Assembly: GCA_008369845.1 (NCBI GenBank)
Contig: MRSU01010611.1
Coordinates: forward strand, 1-64,000
From: Trichomonas gallinae
Taxonomy: Eukaryota
DNA length: 64,000 bases
Direction of reading: 5' to 3'
Made by a program: the position numbers and the translations under genes. This document shows positions 56,915 through 64,000 of the stretch, one piece after another; position 1 is the stretch's first letter; each line of letters starts with the position of its first letter. The notes under the pieces were generated by a model. That model saw only the letters and a program-made list of their open reading frames with translations. It was not told the DNA's origin and ran no database searches.

Positions 56915-59900
56915 TTATTTCTTTGTCTTATCCTTCTTCGCCTGAACTGCTTCTGCGAGTTTCTGTCTGTAATTATCTGATTCTTCCTTTCCGATTGTTT
57001 GCTCATAAGCATTAATCGCGTTCTGCAGCGCCACGTTGTAGTCAACGACAGACTGAATGCTCTGGTTCATTATGAACTTGAACAAGTTCAAAGCAGTCTG
57101 CTTCACTTCACCTGTTTCTTTCGCTGCAGATATCAAAATAGATATAACTGTCGCCCAGCCAGATTTGAGCTTGTGTCCGAGCTCTCTAGCGAGCATAGCG
57201 ATGCAGTCTATGACCAGTCTCTTCGGGCCCTGCAGCTTCTGTCTCTCGAATATGTACTGGAACGGCTTCATGAAGTGTTCCTGGAAGTGGAACTGAGAAA
57301 GTTCTTCTTCAGCCATGAATTTGATCGCTAGTTGTCTTAATATATCTATAGTTATGTCCGCCATGTTCTCGTTCTCGCTCGTTCCGACGTTGGAGAGGTG
57401 CTCGCCGATTGTGCCCCATATAGCAACCCATATGAACCTCGGGCGCTTCATGTTAAAGTGAGCGACGACAGCCAACTGTTGTAGTGAGAATTTACGAGGC
57501 TCTTTTTCGCTGAGTTCTGCTCTAGAGACAGCAACGAGAGACTTGAGGAAGTCAGCGATGGATTCTCTGTCTAATGTGTCTGTAGCCATGAATAGCTCGT
57601 CAATCAAAGTTGTGTCTGCGTTTGTTAAATCGTCTTTCTTTCTGTCTAATGCTGAAATTTCTGCTAAAACGATTTCCCATGCGCCTCTTAAGAAGTTTTT
57701 GTCCTCTATTGCTATCCTCAATAACGCGTTCGTGCAGTCTATGTTCTTTGGCATGACTTCGTTGAGATTCTTTCTAAGATTTGTGAATTTCGAGAAAGAA
57801 TCTACTAAAGTATCAAGTGCATTCTCAACGAAACAGTGAGAAGCGATGTGTACTGCAAGGGTGAGGCCTTTAAGGCAGAGATTGTAAACTGCTGGGTCAT
57901 CTGATTGCTGTAGAGTCATTGTGAGAGCTCCAAGGGCACCACCCCAGATAGATTGGAACATTGGGCCAATGAAAAGTGGAGATTCTGAATGATGGAATGA
58001 ATGAGAAATTAATCTAGACTTTTCTTTGGCATTTTCGATCATCTGAGCACACTGCATGTTATAGAGCTGGCTGCGCTGCTCGAGAGTGAGCAAGCTGAGC
58101 GAAGGAACTGAATTTGGAAGTACGCAGATTTCTTTTGACGTGATTCCATTATATAACTCACGGAGAAATTCTTCAGGAAGGTCATGGCCTGCATCAATGC
58201 CTTTGTTATTGGCAATAAATTGCGGCAATGTCATGTGATTCTTGATAGATTTGTTATGAGAGTCTGTATTCAGCATTAGAGCCGAGAAAGAGAGAATATA
58301 GCATGTATCAGCACAAGAGAATACATTTGGATTGTCATTATAGAACTTTGTGCCGAATTGTTCCATGAATCTGTCGATCATTTGTGCTTCACCTGGAATC
58401 GTGAAGCTCTGCAAGAATGTTCTGAATGCTGCTTCGAAGCTCATACCTTTGAAGTTGAAACATTCAACATATTCCTTAAGAATTTCGAAATTGTTTTTAT
58501 CGCCTATATATTCGCCAACAGCTGTTGGATTCAATGAGTGCGTGTTGTATATGAATTTGGCGATGGAAGGAGGGTCATCTGTGGTAAAACCTTCTTGAAT
58601 GAAGAAATTCATGCCTTTCTTCGGTGATTTCTTGAATAATTCGAGACCAATGTCGAGTTTTGCCTTTGTCTTCTTCGCTTCTAGGAAGTCTTGTGGTGCT
58701 TCAACATTTTCCGCTGAGATTTCGAAGTTCGAAAAATATGTCCACATTGATTGAAGAATTTCAACGATAACTTCTAAAGCATCAAGCTGTTCGCGCTTCA
58801 CAGGCATATCTGGATAAGAAAGAGATGTGATTTTCTCGAAAATTTCCTGGAATGCGTTTACATATATTCCATTCGGGTCGCAGTCGTAATTTACGAATAT
58901 ATCTACGAAGAATTGAGGGAGTGTTGACATTTCGCGACATATTTTAAGAGATCTTGCAACGATTTCAGGATCTGGAGATTTCATTGTTGTAACTACGCCA
59001 TTATGGATGATTTCGTAGAGTCCATCTTGATAAAAATCGGCGAATTTCGACCATACGATCTTCAAAATCTTAGCTGTAGAAAATTGATGCTCGATTTGGC
59101 CTTTCAAGAACATTGACAGAAACGCGACGTGAATTTGTGTTTGTAGGATGTATTTGAATGTTGTTGATTTGTAGAATGGACTGTTAGAATGAACTTCAAG
59201 GCAGTAAAGCAACAAAACAAGTGCATATCTGCTCGAATTGATATTTACGCGCGCTTCGATGCATTTAGCGATCAAACTGAATAAGACAAACAAGTCGCAG
59301 TCGTAGATTGTCGCAGAACCTTCATCACTTGATATAACTGGGCGTAAGAATTTACGAATATGCGCTGAATTCTGCAGTAATGTCGCAACGATGTTTTTGG
59401 CGTATGTAGACATGTTCGCAGAGCGTTTTATTGGGACTTGAGTTCCGTAATTTTCGAAAAGACTGTTGATGATTTCTTTTAAGACATCTCTCACAGATAG
59501 GAGGACGTCCTGCTGATCAGTGATCGAGAAAATTTTGAAAAATACTGATAATAAATTTCGTAAATAAACTCCGTGAAGAGTAAACTGAGAATTGTAGTTT
59601 TTGTACATGGCGAGTGCGAGGTCACACATCTTTGTAATTGATCCATCGAGTGGATTCGGGTTCGAGCGCATTAAAATATCAATGATTTTGAGAAAAGCTT
59701 GCGCTGGAATCCTTTGTAGCTTGCAAACAACAGTCAAGCCATCAAGTATGACATTCTGGAAGGCTGGGCCGATGTCAAAAGCCGACCAGAGCGGTACCAG
59801 CGCTTTTTTCAGATCGAAATTTTCCGGTTTAGACGCGATGTACTGCTCTACCTCCGATATCTGCCTCTTGAGATCCCTATACCACAGTGTTCCTGCTTGG

Positions 59901-59950
59901 TATCTCACGGCACCGAGGATTTTCATAAACTCGTCATAGAAAGCATCCAT
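56915..59950 (-). CDS. Large Sec7-domain ARF guanine nucleotide exchange factor (BIG/GBF family)
   Basis: HUS box FVNYDCD, Sec7 FTIPGEAQMIDRFME with the glutamate finger, LMLNTDSHN, and an HDS region RKFSLQQL...NMKRPRFIW. Confidence 0.95.
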   Translation of the reverse strand: MDAFYDEFMKILGAVRYQAGTLWYRDLKRQISEVEQYIASKPENFDLKKALVPLWSAFDIGPAFQNVILDGLTVVCKLQRIPAQAFLKIIDILMRSNPNPLDGSITKMCDLALAMYKNYNSQFTLHGVYLRNLLSVFFKIFSITDQQDVLLSVRDVLKEIINSLFENYGTQVPIKRSANMSTYAKNIVATLLQNSAHIRKFLRPVISSDEGSATIYDCDLFVLFSLIAKCIEARVNINSSRYALVLLLYCLEVHSNSPFYKSTTFKYILQTQIHVAFLSMFLKGQIEHQFSTAKILKIVWSKFADFYQDGLYEIIHNGVVTTMKSPDPEIVARSLKICREMSTLPQFFVDIFVNYDCDPNGIYVNAFQEIFEKITSLSYPDMPVKREQLDALEVIVEILQSMWTYFSNFEISAENVEAPQDFLEAKKTKAKLDIGLELFKKSPKKGMNFFIQEGFTTDDPPSIAKFIYNTHSLNPTAVGEYIGDKNNFEILKEYVECFNFKGMSFEAAFRTFLQSFTIPGEAQMIDRFMEQFGTKFYNDNPNVFSCADTCYILSFSALMLNTDSHNKSIKNHMTLPQFIANNKGIDAGHDLPEEFLRELYNGITSKEICVLPNSVPSLSLLTLEQRSQLYNMQCAQMIENAKEKSRLISHSFHHSESPLFIGPMFQSIWGGALGALTMTLQQSDDPAVYNLCLKGLTLAVHIASHCFVENALDTLVDSFSKFTNLRKNLNEVMPKNIDCTNALLRIAIEDKNFLRGAWEIVLAEISALDRKKDDLTNADTTLIDELFMATDTLDRESIADFLKSLVAVSRAELSEKEPRKFSLQQLAVVAHFNMKRPRFIWVAIWGTIGEHLSNVGTSENENMADITIDILRQLAIKFMAEEELSQFHFQEHFMKPFQYIFERQKLQGPKRLVIDCIAMLARELGHKLKSGWATVISILISAAKETGEVKQTALNLFKFIMNQSIQSVVDYNVALQNAINAYEQTIGKEESDNYRQKLAEAVQAKKDKTKK

Positions 59951-60008
59951 AGATTTTTGTTGAGTTTTTGCACAAACAGATAATTTTTCTGACTGTGTAA
60001 TGCATCTC

Positions 60009-60188
60009 TGACACGTAAACCATTTAAAAGATTGTTTTACATGACAAAATTACAAAATTTTCTGAAAATGCACAATTATTTGACATGTAAATCATTTGTA
60101 AGATCCATTTACATGACAAAAATGGAAATTTTTGACAATATAATCATCCTTGACATGTAAATTATTCAAATAGCTTATTTACATGACA
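60009..60188. repeat. Three 38-bp inverted-repeat cassettes TGACAYGTAAA-N16-TTTACATGACA
   Basis: Cassettes at 60009-60046, 60081-60118 and 60151-60188. The arms are conserved; the spacers differ in sequence but are all 16 nt. Confidence 0.9.
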
Positions 60189-60854
60189 AATATTATAATC
60201 ATCTTTTTTTAATAATATCATTCCTAGGTTTTAAAATTGTATACGTATACAACGTAAAATAGAATATATCCAGAATTGTTCAAGACAGAATGTTTTGTCG
60301 TTGATTTTCGTGAGATTATTTGAAATATAGTAAAACATTGCATGTCGAAGAATTTTCGACGTCATTAGACCACAAATGATATGTATTTCGGGAATCCTTC
60401 GTGCCACAATGTTTTTCATGCAGTTTCAAATAGCTCAATAATTTCCACCAAAAAGATGTGATACGATTCTCATTCGTTTCAGACCAGACTTTTGAAAATC
60501 AGTTTAGAGAAATAGAGATTAAGAAGACATCAAAAATATATTGGGGATTTCGATCCTGAAAATTGTCGAGTCAAAGAATTAATAAAGAAATTTAATGGTG
60601 GTAAAATGCCTCCATGTAATTTCTTCATTACCAGTATTTTACAAATGAAATTTTGACAAATAAACAATATTCTGTCAATGTAAAGCTACATTTGACAAAT
60701 TTTATTAAAGTAAATATTTACAATGAAAACACTTTTCAACACATAATGGAATAAAAAAATCAAAATTATATCTGACAAAATCAATTTTACGATTATTTCT
60801 CAATTTTTCATCGTTTCAATAATTTTTTTTTTCACTCTCAATTATCGAAAAAAA

Positions 60855-62669
60855 ATGTCTGGTCAACCACACGTTGTTTTGAGTCCTGAAGCAGCAGAGA
60901 ATGCTCGCATCTGCATCCAGCTGCAGGACATGATGACGAAAGTTGAAGAATCAAACATCGAAGCTACACAAAATGCGATTTTGAATTCAATTTTCGCGAC
61001 AAATAAGAATTTGGTTGCTATTCTCGTAGAAACTATCTTCGTCTCTGCCAAATACCACCCGCCTAAAATCTATTTATACGCGCAAATGGTCGCATTCTTC
61101 ATCAAAAACGCAAATCCTGATAATTCACTCGGTTTACTTAAACCACACTTTTTGAGATACATTACACGCTCTCCAGACAATGATTCAAGGTTCCAAGACA
61201 AATTACCTCTTTTCTTCTTCTTAGCTTCAGCTTTCAAATACGGCGCAATCCCATTCTCAGATATTTCTACACATATCTGCAGATGGCTTAATGAAAAAAC
61301 ACTTTCACCGAATCAGCTTTTTATTTTATATTTCTTATTCTTGCCTCAATTGGATTCAATGGAAGGAGATTTCGCTGAGCAAATACGCAGGATTGTTTCC
61401 GTCAAGAAATCAGATGGCAGAATCCATCAGCTGCTTCTTCCACTTTATCCAATGATCCAAGACTTGAGAGCAGACAACTATAAACTTCACGGTGAGATTA
61501 TCAGCTATGGATGCTTACAGAACAGCCTCGAATATATCCTTAAATTTGATCACGAAGATGCATTAAAACAATATATCTCGATCAAGAAGGCAACATCAGC
61601 AGGATTCGATCCAAACATGATCATACCAGTCTTCCCACTCGAACCATCGCTTTTCTTGCACTCAGGCCCAACAATTTTACAATATGCAGCTTTCCATGGC
61701 GCAATTAAGTGCTTCAAACTATTATTAGAGAACGGAGCGCAGATCAATAAGCTCGGATCTGTCTCTAAGCACCACACAATCCATTATGCGATCGATGGCC
61801 AGAATATTGAAATTTTCAAATTAGTTCGTGAACGCGATGACTACACAGACGCATGCTTAAGAGTTTGTGCTCAGTTCAAGAATGACGCTGTATTCGATTA
61901 TTTATATCCAATCATAGAGAAAACTCCAGAATTTCCTCACGAAATCAAAAGAGTCATGAAACAATGCGCGAAATCGAACAATTTCAAAGTTCTCCAGTTC
62001 TGCCTCGAGAAGGGCCACGACCACGACATCACGTACAGAAATGGACACAAACTGGGCCACTTCGCGGCTGAAATGGGCAACACAGGCATTTTGTACTTCC
62101 TGTACATCTTCAATGCGATCGACATTAACTGCCCGGCACAGTGGGGCATGACTCCTCTCCATCTCGGCGCAAAGCTCGGCTACAACTCCATCGTGAACTT
62201 CCTCCTTTCCCTCGATGGAATCTCGGTGAACGCGAGAACAAACAGCGGATGGACTCCGCTCCACCTTTCTGCTATGAAGGGACACATGGGCATTTCCACT
62301 GCTCTGCTCAATTTCGAAGGAATAGAAAAGGAGCCAAGAGATTCAGAAGGCAACACTCCATTACACTATGCTGCACAAGAAGGATATTGCGACATCACAT
62401 CGCTTTTGATCAAGAAGAACGTCAATGTCAATGTTCAGAACTCTAAAGGACATACTCCACTCCATCTTGCTGCTCTTAAGAATCAAGGCGAAATCGTTGC
62501 CTTCCTTCTCAATCAGGAGAAGGTGGATATCAATGTCCGTAACGAGGAAGGACTCACAGCATTCGATCTTGGCAATGAAGCAACAAGACAGTTATTCCTC
62601 AACAAATATCCAGACATGAAGCCAACAGAAAAGAAGACTGACATTAAGAAGAAATGCCGCATCTGCTAA
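60855..62669 (+). CDS. Ankyrin repeat protein with polybasic CaaX-like C-terminus
   Basis: TILQYAAFHGAIKCFKLLL, several GxTPLH repeats, and the end KKKCRIC*. Inr TCACTCT at 60832. Confidence 0.92.
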   Translation: MSGQPHVVLSPEAAENARICIQLQDMMTKVEESNIEATQNAILNSIFATNKNLVAILVETIFVSAKYHPPKIYLYAQMVAFFIKNANPDNSLGLLKPHFLRYITRSPDNDSRFQDKLPLFFFLASAFKYGAIPFSDISTHICRWLNEKTLSPNQLFILYFLFLPQLDSMEGDFAEQIRRIVSVKKSDGRIHQLLLPLYPMIQDLRADNYKLHGEIISYGCLQNSLEYILKFDHEDALKQYISIKKATSAGFDPNMIIPVFPLEPSLFLHSGPTILQYAAFHGAIKCFKLLLENGAQINKLGSVSKHHTIHYAIDGQNIEIFKLVRERDDYTDACLRVCAQFKNDAVFDYLYPIIEKTPEFPHEIKRVMKQCAKSNNFKVLQFCLEKGHDHDITYRNGHKLGHFAAEMGNTGILYFLYIFNAIDINCPAQWGMTPLHLGAKLGYNSIVNFLLSLDGISVNARTNSGWTPLHLSAMKGHMGISTALLNFEGIEKEPRDSEGNTPLHYAAQEGYCDITSLLIKKNVNVNVQNSKGHTPLHLAALKNQGEIVAFLLNQEKVDINVRNEEGLTAFDLGNEATRQLFLNKYPDMKPTEKKTDIKKKCRIC

Positions 62670-63195
62670 ATCATTTTCTTTTTATTCCGGAGTTTCCATG
62701 CGTTTTACGCAAAGAAGAACTACATGAATAGTAAATACATCATTTCTATAATTTTACCCATATTAATTTTATAAACTATCCATTCCTTCTTTTTTATTAA
62801 CATTCATTGATACATTTTGATCGAATGAAATTCAGCAATTTTTTTTAATTCGGAATTTAATACGATATCTAACTGGCAACAGAGAATAAAATATAAATAA
62901 ATATATACTATGGTATAAACCCTACACAACTATAATAATTGTTATATTATTCTTATTTTGAATACAAAGAAACATTTTAAAATAAACCCAAATCATAATC
63001 ATTCATTTTTAAATTGTGTATATCTATTATCATTGTCCTTAATTTGAAGTATCCTTTGATAAATTGCTAAGACTCATGTTTAGATGGAATCGCGCTTGAT
63101 CTGCAAGAGAATCTATTGAGTAGGAAATTATTTTGACATGTAAAATTTTGTAAATCTCATTTTTCTGTTGTCAGTTTTAAATTATTAAATAATTC

Positions 63196-64000
63196 ATGGC
63201 AACAGAAAAAATCGCGGATCTCAAAGTTAAAATCGAAAAACTAAAAGAAGCAGAGTTAAAACTAAGAAACGAGATCGATGAGGGCAGAATGGAGCTCGAG
63301 CAACTTAATACTTCAATCCAAAGAGGAAATATTGAACTAGATTTGATTAACGATGCTTTTGCACTCAAGTTTGGCGATATAAGTGAATCTGAGAAGCAAT
63401 CCATGTTAAATGCAATGGATCAAGTTAATCAAATTGAAATACTTGAGGCTCAGCTTTCATTAGAGACTGAAAAAGTACGTCAGGCTGAGCTAGAGCTAGA
63501 AAGACTTAAAGGAATTGCACCAACAGCTCCTGTTCAAACTATTGATATTTACGTTTTCGAAAATCAGGAGAAAGAACTTGCAGAGTCATTAAAATCGCAA
63601 AAAATCAGAAATGGCAAACGAGAAAAGAATATTAAACTACTAGATTCTAAAATTGCATCAATTCTTGTAGAATTGGAAGAAATTGATAAGAAAGTCAGCG
63701 AAAGAAAGCAATACGAGCAAGAAGTTGCAGAAAAGCAAAAAGACGCTGATAGTATTCAAGAAGAAATCAATAATTGCTCAAATCAGTATAAATCTCAAAA
63801 TCAAGCTGTAAAAGATATGCAAGACAAACTAGAAGAAGCCAATAAAGAAATTGATGAAATTAACGCTTTAATTGCAGAAAATCAAGATCTCGTCGAAAAT
63901 CATCTTAGAGAAGGATCTGAGCTTCAAAACCTACTTCAATACATTAATGACTCAAATAGTGTCTGGGAACAAAGCAGATTAGACCATATAGCGTTTGAAA
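63196..64000 (+). CDS. Coiled-coil protein, 5' part (runs off the window; missing from the ORF track)
   Basis: ATG at 63196 opens a frame with no stop to the window end (MATEKIADLKVKIEKLKEAELKLRNEIDEGRMELEQLN...). TGACATGTAAA at 63134 and Inr TCATTTT at 63157 lie upstream. Confidence 0.88.
   Translation, partial: MATEKIADLKVKIEKLKEAELKLRNEIDEGRMELEQLNTSIQRGNIELDLINDAFALKFGDISESEKQSMLNAMDQVNQIEILEAQLSLETEKVRQAELELERLKGIAPTAPVQTIDIYVFENQEKELAESLKSQKIRNGKREKNIKLLDSKIASILVELEEIDKKVSERKQYEQEVAEKQKDADSIQEEINNCSNQYKSQNQAVKDMQDKLEEANKEIDEINALIAENQDLVENHLREGSELQNLLQYINDSNSVWEQSRLDHIAFE

Noticed and set aside
60009..60188. CRISPR-like reading of the repeat/spacer arrays (also 39761-39970 and 44411-44651)
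   Set aside because: The context is eukaryotic with no cas genes. The repeats are short or degenerate, and the spacers are related to each other by duplication.

Overview
This is AT-rich, gene-dense, apparently intron-free eukaryotic DNA with the hallmarks of a trichomonad (Trichomonas-like parabasalid) nuclear genome: TCA(T/C)T initiator elements and AAAAGTGAC motifs just upstream of ATGs, tandem GP63/leishmanolysin-like proteases, ankyrin-repeat families and an adenylyl cyclase pseudogene. The organism is inferred from these features, not from a database search. About 30 protein-coding genes are supported. They include RuvBL2, a Sec7 ARF-GEF, an LRR-PP2C fusion, an S1/P1 nuclease, a membrane thioredoxin, a HAD hydrolase, an E2F-like factor, a B-box/MATH protein, and CSN6-, Rpn10-, GET4-, HID1- and karyopherin-like genes, plus several disabled genes. 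Many ORF-track starts were moved from TTG/GTG to the next ATG. I recognised no rRNA, tRNA, CRISPR array, intact transposon or convincing intron. The most distinctive unexplained signal is non-coding. An 11-bp motif, TGWCRYGTAAA, and a paired C-tract motif recur in intergenic and promoter DNA, often in arrays spaced about 20-21, 31 or 52 bp apart (close to whole helical turns). One array has three 11-16-11 inverted-repeat cassettes upstream of the Sec7 gene. All calls were made by eye, with no alignments or searches run.
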